The notes beneath the pieces are model-generated. The model worked only from the letters and a program-made list of their open reading frames with translations. It was not told where the DNA came from and did no database searches. A DNA stretch of 64,000 nucleotides from Eledone cirrhosa (lineage: Eukaryota): contig OZ024740.1 of NCBI GenBank assembly GCA_964016885.1, positions 74,524,001-74,588,000 on the forward strand, read 5' to 3'. Positions 49,123-61,985 of the stretch are shown here, in pieces. The position numbers and the translations under genes are program-made. The first letter of the stretch is position 1, and the number at the start of each line of letters is the position of its first letter.

Positions 49123-51602
49123 CTGAAATAAATGAATGAATAAACACATGTACATGAGTGCATACTGCTATCCTTACACTAGAAGGTTTTGTGATATCCC
49201 TGAAGTAAACAAGGCTTATTAACTAATATATACATAAAACATCACACGGTTTATATCACCATCATTGTTTAACCCTTTAGAATTTACATTACTCTATATT
49301 TACTATTGTATTTTCATGGTAAAGGCTTTACCTCACATAATATCGAATCTATGATTACAGCCAGTTTGAACAGAAAGAGGTGAGAGAATTCTGGCTGGAT
49401 ACAGCTGGTTTAAATACTAAAGGCTTAATGTCTGTTTTCCATGCTGGTATGGGTTGGATAGGTTGGGGCCCACAGTCAATATTTGAAAAAACAACCAGGA
49501 ATTTGATAACCCTCAGGAGACAATGTTCATTATACAGGTAAGCCAAAGAGGTGTAATTCTCTTCCAACTATTATTATTCTGTCTTTCTTTATGGCACATT
49601 ACCTTTAAAATAGATTCTTTAATAGGTTTTTACTTTTTTAAGAATTGCACTGGGTAAAAGTCATATGTAGCCTGTTAGTACAGAAAGCAAAAGTTATTGT
49701 AGAAGTATGTGTGAGAGAGAGAGTATGCTTGTGATGTGATGGATGATTTGGCCAATCAACTGCACTACCTTTTTATTTGGACATAGTTGTTGTTCCTTGA
49801 TGTCGACTCGGTTCTGATTGAATAAACTCTTGATTAAAGGCATTCCAGTTACGACCTCCCATCTTATTTATCCAGGACTACATTACCCGAGGTCTCCTTT
49901 CTTTTTTAAGATTATAATGTATGGTTTAAGCTGCTATTTTTAGCAAGTCAAGTGACTATGTAAAGTCTCACTTTTGGTTTGTTTTTAGATACAGATGATG
50001 ATGATGCAGCATACAAAATATGTGAACATTAGTGGATTACACTTGATTAAATATGGGGTAAACAGGAATGGTCATGTTAACTTTTGTAATAAATGTTGTA
50101 TTGTTCAGGCTCTGCACTAATCACTAACCACTATATCCTGCCTTTCTACCTTAGAACACAATCTCTCAGGAATTCCCTCTCAGTTCATTTTTTTTTTATG
50201 CAGTTGTTAACTTACCACTATTCAAGAATAACATTAACAATATCAGAGATCCTGTTAAGACCCCAGGACACAACCCCACCACCACCATTATCATCATCAT
50301 TATCTTTGTCATTTAGTGTCTGTTTCTTGTTAGCAACAGTTGGACACGTTTTCACAGACCGAGTCAGTACTCAAGCAAGGCTAATGACTTCCTAGACAGG
50401 CAAGTGGTTTGTTTTTCGCTTCCATATGATCCCACATTCTACTGAGTGCATTTTATCATGACACTGGCACTAGAATGGTTGTCTTGTATTTGATGCAACT
50501 GAAGGATCCTCCAGACAAAACCATCAAAAGTGATAAATGAGAAAAAGAATAAAAATTGTTTGACCTGTCTAATCAGAAATGTGAAAGTCATAAATGTTAT
50601 ATAAGTTGATAATTCCAACTATACATACAATTCCCTAGGACTATGAAGTGTTAGAATGTGATATTAACTGACAAGCAAAACAGTGTAAATATTACAAAAA
50701 CAGGTTGCTTTTAAAGCTCAAAGATATATTATTATAAGTCATCGTATTCAGAGAAAAATTCAATCCTTGATGTTTCTTTATGAAACTATCAGAAAAAGAA
50801 ATGATTTTAAATATATAGGCCTTTGTATGTGTCCTGAAAATATGGATCTGTACCTGGAAAGTTCCTCTCCAAGGTATTTTGTGGAAGACCAGCAGTTACC
50901 TATGCATACAAATTTCCACTTTCCATGCAACCAATGTTATTTAAGGGAAAAGCAAGCGCTGATACAGCTTGGCATCTGTGAAGTTGCAGATTACCTCAGA
51001 GCACAAAAGCTGAAGGAGATACTATTTTAAAAGTTTATCTAATCCACTACCCAAGACTGTAGCAGTAATATAGATCCTTTGTAATTAAATCTATTTTCCT
51101 TCGGCGGAAGAAAAATGTTACGGAAGTAAATTGGCTGAAGTGTGAGCCAATCAAAACCTTCGGCATAGTGATACAAGTAACTGGACTACTTAGACCAGAG
51201 AACGGAAGTAAGACAGAAGACCAGTCTCCAGAAAAATCTGCCATCGTCAACACGTCAATTCTTCGATACGCTATATCCTGTCGTATCTCACACATAGAAA
51301 TACAGGCAAAATGAGTTTCACAGTGTAAAGCAAGAATAAATGAAGTACATACTTGTAATGGAGTTTGTCTATTTAATGCCTTCTGATCTAACGACTTACA
51401 TTCTTCATTATAAGACTGGTATATAATTTACTGATGCTGAAAGGATGAAAAGCAAAGTTGACCTCAGAAGGGTTTGAACTTAGTGCACAGATAGCCAGAA
51501 GAAATACTATGAAACAGTCAATAGGATGCCCTAATGACTCTGCCATTTGGTAATCCAATTGGTATTATTAAAACATACAAAAGATTGTACACAAAAACTT
51601 AC

Positions 51603-51696
51603 TGTCGACGAATTTGAAATTCACTTGGCATCATTGGAGAACCATACAACTTGAGCTTCCAAAAGTTTATTATACCAAACTGTTTGTCAGAAATGT
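51603..51696 (-). CDS. PCSK7: PC7 exon (end of P domain)
   Basis: ctacag| (N)ISDKQFGIINFWKLKLYGSPMMPSEFQIRR |gtaagt; WxLxLYGS motif. Confidence 0.9.
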
Positions 51697-52199
51697 CTGT
51701 AGGTGACAGAATTTAAAAAAAAGATCTCAGTAATAAAGCTTCACATCAATATGTTGAAATAAAAGTTTCAATTTTCATTGATTTCGGTCATTAGATTTCA
51801 GCCATGCTGGGACATTGGCTTGCAAGAATTTAATCGATCATATCAACCCCAGTATTTACTTTTTTCAAGTCTTATTAATTTTATATTGATTTCTTGTTGT
51901 TGGACTGTTAAGTTATGGGACATAAACAAACAGTAAATGTAAACACAGATACACACACAAATATATATATATAATATATATATATATAGTCCTTTGTAGA
52001 TACAAGAATTCTTTGAGTTTACTTTTCACCAAGTCATTGTTTTTTTTATCATTTATATTAGCTCTAAAGATGTACAATATTTGATGGTACTTTAAATTTT
52101 TCCCCTTTTTTACTATATTGTTAGTTAAATTATTTGTATTGGAACATTTGTAAGGTTATATTTAAGAAATATATTCTATCATCTTAATTTGTTATATAT

Positions 52200-52806
52200 A
52201 TAAAGTACAGTAGCCAGAGTTAGAACAGGATGGAAAAAGTTCAGAGAGCTTATACCGCTGTTGGTCACAAAAGGTTTCTCTCTAAAAATGAAAGGCAGAT
52301 TGTATGATGATTGTATACGAACAGCAATGTTACATGGCAGTGAGACATGGGCATTGTCTGCAGAGGACCTGTACAGAAGACCTGCCTTCCCTACGTACAA
52401 AGTTAACCTACAGTCAGTAGGCACCTCTTAACCAAATATACACCCCAATGCACAACCCCTACTCCATCCTCCCACTCCCGCCAACATCACCCTTTCTCTA
52501 TAAAGTTATGTTGGTACAACAGAACATCCAGTCCAAACTAAAGAGGTCGTGTAGGTGTCACGACAAAAAAACACAGTCCACGCTGTAATGTGGCCATGTA
52601 GGTAACACGGTAAAAAGCTCCCAGTCCACACTGTAAATGTGGTTGGTGTTAGGAAGGGCATCCAGCCGTAGAAAACCTGCCAGATAGTCCTATACGAGCG
52701 AGACACGGTTACCCGACCAATCTTGACTCAAGTGGGACAACTCCCATCTAACCCATGCTAGAGTGGAAGATAGACGTTAAACGATGATGATGATGATGAT
52801 GATGAT
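52200..52806 (+). mobile_element. internally deleted RTE copy with SINE-like 3' module
   Basis: STVARVRTGWKKFRELIPLL..HGSETWALSAED joined directly to the ORF end, then the module and (gat)n. Confidence 0.82.
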
Positions 52807-52964
52807 GTTATTATTGTAAAATAGATAGACCCTATGATGGTTAAGCATAAATTGTTTTGGCTTCTAACTAATTCACCAATCTCTCTTCTCCTCTCCTATC
52901 TCCATCTCTCTCTTTAAGATTGGTTACTCTTGAACTGTGTATATATATATATATATATATATAT

Positions 52965-53290
52965 CATCATTGTCGTTTTCACATCAGCTTTTCCATGCTT
53001 GCATGAGCTGAACAGGTCCTTCTCACCACAGCATCACTCCCCTTGTTGTGTTACTTCATCATCTCCTCTGCAAGACTTAGTGATTTGAGGTCAGCTCTCA
53101 CAACCTTGACCCAGGTCTTTCTTGGTTATCCTCTACTGTGGCTTCCTTCCATTGGGATTTCCTGGAATTTCTTCACCCATCAGTCATTGCCCATGCACAT
53201 CACATGTCCATACCAACGCAGTCTTCTTTCCTGCACACCATCTCGGATTCCCATTAAACCTAGTGGGAATCTCGGATTCCCATTAAACAC
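52965..53290 (-). mobile_element. RTE LINE 3' fragment
   Basis: Reverse complement encodes RLRWYGHVMCM..WVKKFQEIP..; (cat)n tail. Confidence 0.75.
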
Positions 53291-54009
53291 TTGCACAAAG
53301 TGCCATATAGTGGGACTGAATAAAAAGCATGTGGTTGTGAAGTGAACTCCTTAATCACATAGCGATGTCTATTATCATGCAAGCAAGCTCATGAATGAAG
53401 GCTTGAACGAAGGCATTGTTTCAATTGATGGGTTCTTAAACTGATGTTGGTATCTATTTTAAGGTAAATGAAGATGCTAAAATTATATTAAAACTTGGTT
53501 ACTATTTTATTAAATTATTCAATAAAATAATTAGTTTTTGAATAACAATTACTATATTATTTCTAATATATATTAAACATATAGAGATATATGGAAGTTT
53601 CCTACATATAAATATTCAACAAAATTCATTAAAATACAAAAGAAAGGAACTGATCATCAGATTGGACAAAGGAAAAAATGTTTCCACTGGTCATTCTCTA
53701 GCTGACACTATCTACTGGTCATAACTATTTATAGAAGGATGCACAATTTGAACTCTGAAAGCACAGAGCCAGATCAGATATCACAAAGCATCCAGCTCAA
53801 CTCTAACAATTCTACCAATCCACTGCCTTTAGACTGGTGTTTTATTTATTGACTCCTAAAAGAATGAAAGGCAAAGCTGACCTTGGTGTGACTTGAACTC
53901 AGAGCACAGTAAGCAAGAAAATACCAGGGCATTAAACCCTAATGACTGTCAGTTCTCTGCCTGAATAAATATATAAAATATTAGCTGTTAAACATAATAT
54001 TTTACTTAC

Positions 54010-54104
54010 TGGTATCTTTTATAAGTAGTTCCCAAGTTCCAATAGGAGATTCACCCCAACACCTAACAGTACTGAACCACCAATCTTTTAAACCATTAGC
54101 AGAC
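54010..54104 (-). CDS. PCSK7: PC7 exon (P domain)
   Basis: aaatag| (K)SANGLKDWWFSTVRCWGESPIGTWELLIKDT |gtaagt; FSTVRCWGE is PC7-typical. Confidence 0.93.
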
Positions 54105-54376
54105 CTATTTTGAAAGGGAAATAAAGACATTTCAATATATAATTTTAAGATACTGGTTGTGTATTCAATTACAATCTATATAATAACTGCATAGCCATTT
54201 TGTTTGTTTGGCACACAAATGCTATGATCTGTCAACAGCCTTCTAAACTGTGTATCTAAAATTCATGAAACACAAATGTAAGACAACTAAATGGGGGTTG
54301 GGGAGTTCTAAAATGTTTTTATTCACACTGGAAATAAACATTCTATCAATGGTGTCTCTGTCTATCTGTCTGTATC

Positions 54377-54403
<27 letters not shown>

Positions 54404-54410
<7 letters not shown>

Positions 54411-55297
54411 GAGAATAGGATTGGGTGTGTAGTTGGTAGTTAAGTTAGGCTTAAAAATAGGAATAAGAATAAGAAAGCAAGAACAGAGGGGGAGGGGGTC
54501 CCCTCATCAGTTGTCTACTGGGGGTCTTGGATATTTCAACGCTTTAAAGACAATATATCTACCCCCAGAGGGTTCAAAAACTGGGTAAGTTATTGGGAAA
54601 ATAGAAGGGAAAAGGGAATAAAACGTTGAAATATCCGAGACCCCTAGTAGACAACTGATGAGGAAAACTCCCTCCCCCGTTCTTGCTTTCTTCTTATTCT
54701 TATTCCCATTTTTAAGCCTACCTTAACTAGCAACCACACAGCTATCCTATTCTCCATATATTTTATCATGTTTCGCTGTGATCCGTCTTCTCTCTCCTTC
54801 TACCTACCTATTTTGTTGCTATCTACTCTTCCCTCTCTTTCTTTCTCTCCCTTTCTCCCTCTCACTTTCACTCACCCTCTCTCTGCCAGCCACCTCATTG
54901 TTTCCCTCGCCTGACCCTCTAGCAGTCCTTTTCTCACTTACACTTGCTGGAGTCAGACGTGTCTTTTCGTTCGCCCACACGCTCTCGAACTTACGTTCAG
55001 CTATCGATGTGGTCTTGGATTTTCTTACTTTAAGTTGCTCGCACATTCCTTGGTTGGTTGTTTTTTTTTTGCTGTTTTTCTCTTTTCTTCCCTTTTTCCC
55101 CTTTTCCCTTCTATTTTCCTTCCCTCCCTCCTCCATTTTCCCAATAACTTACCCAGTTATTGAACGCTCTGGGGGTAGATATATTGTCTTTAAAGCATTG
55201 ACATATCCAAGACCCCCAGTAAACAACTGATGAGGACCCCCCCCCCCCCACACACACTTCTTGCTTTCTTATTATTTATTCCTATTTTTAAGCCTAT
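54404..55297. repeat. nested inverted/direct repeat element between (TG/TA)n tracts, Penelope-like architecture
   Basis: 54404-54541 is inverted to 54623-54761; 54445-54610 is inverted to 55130-55297. Confidence 0.85.
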
Positions 55298-55329
55298 ATA
55301 TATATATATATATATATAAAACAAATAAT

Positions 55330-56380
55330 AGTAACTCCATCATCCTGACTAGTGACTTCAATGGGCATGTTGGGCTGCACTAGGGTGGTTATTCTGGAGA
55401 GTACGATGGCTACGGATATGGCTCAAAAAACAAAGAGGAATCAAGGTTCCTGGAACTCTGCAATGCAAATGATCTAATTATTTGAAACACTAACTTCAGG
55501 AAATCAGTTAGCCACTTGATCACCTACCAATCAGGCAAGCATGCAAGCCAAATTGACTTCATGCGTATTAGAAAACAGGATAGGTAGATGGTTGTGAATG
55601 CTAATTTTTTTCCACCAGGCAGGAATGCACCATTAAACATCAACTAGTTATTAGTGATATCAAAATATAAATCAGATGAAATCAGAAATACAGGACATTT
55701 AGGAGGAAGGTATGAAATCTAAAGGACCACTCTGTTAAATACAGGTTCAGAAAAGCTCTATGTGATGCATACAATGAGAAGGAGGAGGAGATAGATATAT
55801 ATGATATAGAAGACAAGTGGAAGTTTCTACGTGATAACTAACCACAGACCACTGATTAGACTATATGAAGGGTTACCTGGTGCTAGAACAATACTGTCAA
55901 TAGAGCCTAAGAGCATGGAAAGACTGTACAAATCAATGCAGAAAAGAATGAGGTGTAAGGTGTTCTGCATTGCAAAACACTTGCCTCACTGATTCCCAGA
56001 AGAAAGAGCCCTAGAAGTGTTACAAGTATCGGATGAATATTGAGAATGAGTGGAAAGAAGAGACTAACTCCAATAGGCTCAACAGAGGGATTTTTGTTGA
56101 TCTGGTGAAGACCTTTGGTAGAGTACTACAATCTGTTATCTGGCAGACTTTAGAGAAACAAGGTATAGATGAGTGGCTTGTGAGAGCAGTGCAAGCTATG
56201 TATGCAGGTGGTATTAGTAAAATCAGAGTAGATAGTGAGCTTAGTTAAGAATTTAAGGTGCAGGTAAGTGTTCATCAAAGCTCAATCTTTAGCCCCCACC
56301 TATTTATTATAGTTCTCATAGCTATAATAAAAGAGTTTAAGACTGGCAGTCCATGGGAAATTTTATATACAATATCTGAT
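55330..56380 (+). mobile_element. decayed, deleted RTE LINE
   Basis: SDFNGHVG..GYGSKNKE; FVDLVKTFGRV..WLVRAVQAMY; VHQSSILSP. Confidence 0.8.
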
Positions 56381-56679
56381 AAGGCTGGCTCTTTGAATTA
56401 GATGTAGAATCTATCTGATGGGCTTCCACACAATTTCTATCTAGCCAATTTCACACACAAAGCCTAGGTTAGTCAATATGAGGCTATAGTAAAGACACTT
56501 GCACATGATGCTACACAATGGGCTTGAACCCAGGACTTCATGATTACAAAGTAAACATGTTAACTGAACAACAACCACATTGATCTTACTTTCTTTCCTT
56601 CATTGACTTATTTTAAAAAATGAATTTTTTAAATGTAAAGAGAAGGATATACTTATAGATAGAAAGAAATGATAATTAC

Positions 56680-56836
56680 TTGTCACTTGCTCTAGGTGGA
56701 GCGATATTGGATTTAGTACCACTAGGACACCACAATTGTATATCTAACTGGCCACGTCTGTGATGAGTTATATTAACTGTGACCAATACGTGTTCAAGAA
56801 TATTCATCACATATCCTTGTAGTTCTTCCTTTGTTA
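56680..56836 (-). CDS. PCSK7: PC7 exon (P domain)
   Basis: ttgcag| (V)TKEELQGYVMNILEHVLVTVNITHHRRGQLDIQLWCPSGTKSNIAPPRASD |gtaatt. Confidence 0.93.
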
Positions 56837-58460
56837 CTGCAAAATACAGTTTCAAGTATGAATATATAGTGCATATAATTTATTTCAAACTGTCTGGAAA
56901 ACCAAAATTACTGTAAATAATAATTAGATGAATACGTAAGCCAAATCTTTAATCTTTCAAAATTAAAATGAAGGAAACCTCAATGACATTGTTAAATCAC
57001 ATATATATGATTTGTAATTTTAAAAACATTAATGAATGAAAGATAACAACTACAGTAAACCCTCAAATTAACAAATGTGAGAGAATGTGTGTCAATTAAT
57101 GCCGAAAGTCCATTAAATCAAAAGTAAACTAGAGGGTAATTTTTATTGTTTTTAGTGTAAAAAAAAGTTTTAATATAATGCACACGAGTACACTGTATAT
57201 AAATAACCAATTATAATAAGGAATGTGTGATTTTTACTTCTCTGAGAGTATTGCTGTAGTGGAATATTGTATTGTATTATTATTTGGCCCATTAAATTGG
57301 GGCTCATTAAAATGAGGGTTTAGTGTATAATGAATTATTTTTAAAAAAGCCAATTCTTTTCAGATCACAAGCATCCATAATTCCATTTTCAGTAGCATTA
57401 AGTAGATAAGAGAATAGGATGCTAGATAAAGATTTCCTATAGCGAAATTGAAGCCAGTTCTCTAAGAGAACACATTTTAGTATTGACATGGTAGCTACTT
57501 CAAGCTACATGAGCTAATGATGGATTCTCTGTTGGTTTCAGTTGTTGGATCAACTGAATGTTCATCTCATTAATTAACATGTAAGAGACTAAGTATTCCA
57601 AAGACATGTGTAGCCATAATGTAATATCCAGGCAGAATCAGCATAACACAAGGCCTTCGAATTACAGGTACAATCCATCAGATGGGCTTCCATACTGTTT
57701 CCATCTACCCAATTTCAGTCACAAAACGTAGGTTGATCTAAAGATAGTTGCCCAAAACAGCAAGTATTAAACCTAGCCCCTCACGGTAGCAAATAAAATT
57801 TCTTAATCACAACAATGCCTGTATCTACACCTTACCATCTTAGAAAAGGACCACATATTAGATAATGTGGCCCTGAGTGCATTGTACCTTAATTAAAAAT
57901 GAAATGTTCATATCTAGATTGCCTTTGGTCATAGATCTTCTTGATCATAGGCTGACTTGAATGCTCAGCAACAACTTAGAACTAAATGAATTTAACCATT
58001 GAGGATTAACTGATTTGGCCATAGACACATTCCAACACCAGTAAGAAGTATGAATATCCACTCTCTCAGCAGATTGACTAGTACTTTATAAACTTGGCCA
58101 GACACATTGCAGCCACAGAAATGTACAACTGAGTGACCACTGTCTAAACTGGTTGACTGAATGAATCACACACGTTTGTCATTTTTGACAATGTGATAGA
58201 AGCAACATCAGTTATTAACAGTCAGTACTTGTAGCTGTCTCATCAGGTACTGTTTCTTTAAAGTTGCCATGTTTTTTGTATGGTCCACTGCCATTCTATG
58301 ATGAAGAGAGGAGCACCAGATAGCTCAGTATTTGGCTATTTATGTACCTATGTCAGGTTTCATACCAAAATCTGGCAACTAGTTGACCAGTACTTTATAA
58401 ACTTGATCATCTACAAATTTAAAAAAAAAACCATCAGTTGAATAAAAATAATTCTCAAAC

Positions 58461-58560
58461 CTTCATAAGTTGACACAGACCAGCCATCTTTAGGTATTGC
58501 TTTGTTCAGAGTTAATATTTTAGTTGTATATTCAGTAAGCCATGGAACCATTCTCCAAAT
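58461..58560 (-). CDS. PCSK7: PC7 exon
   Basis: caaaag| IWRMVPWLTEYTTKILTLNKAIPKDGWSVSTYE |gtttga; phase 0 to 1 fits; resembles PC7 IWTSVPYL..NKAIP. The acceptor is weak. Confidence 0.85.
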
Positions 58561-59585
58561 CTTTTGATTACAAAAAATAAATAACATTAATGTCAACTGA
58601 AACCAACATGTAAACAGTTCTACAAAACTGTCAACCATCCACCATTAAATGAGTTTTTGTGTAACAATGTCATTTCTGTCTTTAAGTTAATATTTCTTTG
58701 TTTTAGATTACTGTTATAAAAGAACCCTTGACTACAGAGTTGAACTATGGTCAAGCATTAAGAAATTATTTGTAAGTCAAAATCCATTCAGATATTAATT
58801 AAAACAGAAATGGTTCCAGCAACTAACTGGAATATAAAGAGATGAAAAAAAAGGAGACATTTTTGAAATGCTTAAAAGTATGTTATGATAAGGCTTGTGC
58901 AAAGGCAGTGATAGGCACAGGCCAGACATAAAATGCATGCCCCCTAAAGCTGGTAACAGGCCCAGGCTAGATATAATACATAGGATTTTTCACCAAAAAA
59001 GCAGTGACATTTCTCCCAAAAGTTGTGACCAAATGATAATTTCCTTGGTCCTATCTGGAGTATTAAATTCTTTCTTTTTAGATATAAAATATAGGCCCTT
59101 AAAACTGGCAATAAGCTCAGGTCAAATGTAAGACTCCAAAGGTGATAAGCTCTGGTTAGATGTAAACTACAGGCTCAGTATTTGTGACCAAATAATTGTA
59201 TTTCTGAATGATAATTTCTTTGGTCTAATGTGGAAGATAAGATTCATTATTTTTAGATGTAAAATGTAGGCCTCTAAAGCTGGTAATAGGTTCACATTTT
59301 GCCCCCACAAAAAAATGATAAACTCAGTAAACATCATTTCAAACTGATCATTAAATATTTAAGTAGTCAATGTTAATACATGTGATTTATGGTTTACAGG
59401 TTTATACATATAGTGTATATGATGTACTTACAAGTATCAGAACAGAATAAAAGAACTAGAATATGAGAAGAATAGGGCCCCCTCAACTGGCTCAACTGAC
59501 AACTCCCACCATCATCACCACCATTCACTCTGGTTTGTCATGACTATATAATAACAAAGACATAATGAATGAACTGTGAACATAC

Positions 59586-59690
59586 TCTTGCTGCATTGAC
59601 CAAACGCCAAGCTTTCATCAAACCAAATCCATGTTTATGGCTATGTTTCAAACCAGCTGCATTCAATGTCCATTTGACTTCAGTATCAAC
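59586..59690 (-). CDS. PCSK7: PC7 exon (end of catalytic domain)
   Basis: tttcag| VDTEVKWTLNAAGLKHSHKHGFGLMKAWRLVNAAR |gtatgt. Confidence 0.93.
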
Positions 59691-60203
59691 CTGAAATATT
59701 AAATATTCATACATTTTTATTGTATTCATACATTACTATTGTAGTTATGTTGATATATTTGCGATGCTGCTCTCTACCTGGGGTGTGGGGTGGAGTGGGA
59801 GGTGTCAATGCTATAGAAAGTATGAATAGATAAAAATTAGACAGGTCAGTTTGATGTAAAACTAATCCAAAATTTATTTTAAATCTGTTGGGTAAAGACA
59901 TAAATGGTGGTATTTATTTTGTAAATATACACACCAAAATCAAGAAATAAAATCCAACACCCTTGGCTGAAGAGCAAATCTCAGCTGTATCCCCATGAGC
60001 AAGATAGCAAAAGTCACGAAAAACAGCCAGCAATATCCACTGAATTAGCCATTCCACCTCCTGGGGTCCCTTCTTCAGGTGCCATGATCTTATTCCAATT
60101 TAGTGAAAAAGAGAAGCAGTTGAGGGACCAAGGACACTGGAGGTTTCAACAACAACCAATTTGAAATGGAATTTGGCTATTGATAACTGGTATCCATACC
60201 TTG

Positions 60204-60362
60204 TGGCGGTGAATTGGCAGAGTCATTAGAACATCGGATAGAATGCTTTGCAGTATTTATTCCGATTCTCTGCTCTCTGAGTTCAAATCCAGCTGAGGTC
60301 AACTTTGCCTTTCGTCCATTTGTGGTCAATAAAAAGAATACCAGTTCAGTACTAGGATCAAT
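60204..60362 (+). mobile_element. tRNA-derived SINE, second family (remnants at ~12550, 22360-22560, 47810-47930, 51400-51550, 53740-53960, 61700-61900)
   Basis: ggcggtgaattggcagagtcattag..gagttcaaatcc..gtcaactttgcctttc..aataaaaagaataccagt; A/B-box-like head. Confidence 0.7.
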
Positions 60363-61930
60363 TCTTCCTCTATATCTCTTTCTCACTTCTTTTCTCTCAC
60401 TCGCTATCCTTCTCTGGAAAAAATTTGTTGTATTCAGACTTGGAGAGGAGATGGGCTCCGCCAAGTTTAAAAATGCCCTAGAAACGCTGTAGATCAATAT
60501 GGCACTCCTATGACTCTCTCAGGACTTAAAGACCATACATACATTCCACACAGCAATTCAAGTGCTTATGGTTGATTGTTACAACTAATCACTAATTTTA
60601 TTCACACAAGAAATTGATGATAATTCAATAGATCAATAATAGTTTTAATTTAAACTAAAATATTCACTGAATAACAAAAATACAAAAATACAAATTTAAC
60701 AAATGTTGCAATGGATGGGGAAACCTCAATAGTATAGGTGGCATGATCGAATGCACTTGTAAAGTGGTTGTTAAATGAACTAAAGCAACATAGAATGAAG
60801 AGGACCTTTGGTCTTACCTAGAACTAGACAATGTCTATTACTGGTACCACTGGTACATCATCATCATCATCATTTTACGTCCGCTTTCCCTGCTTGCAAG
60901 GGATTCTGGCTTGATTTCTACAGATGGATACCCTTCCTAACACCAACCTCATTTAAAGTGAGTGCTGGGTGCTTTTTTGCCGTGGCACCACCACGACCAC
61001 TTTGCAGTGGAATGATAGGGACCCCAGTCCTATCATCTCATTTCTACAGCTGAGTAAACTGGAGTAATGTGAAATAAAGTGTCTTGCTCAAGGAAACAAC
61101 ACATCACCTGGTCTGAGAATTGAACTCACAACCTTTAAATTGCAAGCTCAATGCTCTAACCACTAAGCCACTGTGCCTCGAATAAAAATTCACCCAGTAC
61201 ACTTTATAAAGTGGTTGGCATTAGGAAGGGTATTCAGCCATAGAAACAATGCCAAAATATGGAATGCATGAGAAAGATGTGGATATCTGACCTGTCTGGT
61301 CTTGGTGGCTCCTCCAATCCATACTAGCATGGAAAACATATAAAATGATGATGATAATGCTAATGATGATGATGATGGTATTATTGATGAGGTGCTAGCC
61401 TGGATGCTCTCCATAGTCGAACTTCATAATTGTGAAGTATAATATATCATTTAGGTACATAGAAGCAAATGTCTGATGGTTTTTTTTAATAGTATTTATG
61501 TATTCTCTGGTACATATACAAAACCCACAAAATCCTGAAATTATCTTTGCAGTTATGGCTCACACCTCACAGGTTTAGTCAGCCTCCTCTGAGGTTGCAT
61601 CTCATAGAAGGTTTCTTGGATGTCTTAATGATAAGAGCACCAGTAGTATCATATCATCATTAGAAGGCATTTGAACTAAGAATGTGTAGAGGTGTAACAG
61701 ATACAACAAAGAATCCCAGCTGAAGCAGTAACAATTCTGTCAATACACCCTTTTGGATTATTAATTTATGTATTGACCTCAAAAGGATGGAAGACAACGT
61801 TAACCATAACAGGATTTGAACTTAGACTGCAGAAAACCAGAAAAGATATCAGACAACCTTTAATTTGATGCTTTAATGACTGTGCCAATTTACCGCATCT
61901 ATATATAAATTTCTGCAATTCTGTCACAAC

Positions 61931-61985
61931 ACGTAAAGAGAGAGGAGTAGTTTGATTATCTCATACTACTCCTCTCTCTTTACGT
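61931..61985. repeat. perfect 21-bp inverted repeat with 13-nt loop
   Basis: acgtaaagagagaggagtagt / actactcctctctctttacgt. Confidence 0.9.

Noticed and set aside
54778-55230. 150-aa hydrophobic and 105-aa basic ORFs
   Set aside because: Products of a pyrimidine-rich low-complexity tract inside the repeat element; no recognisable domain.
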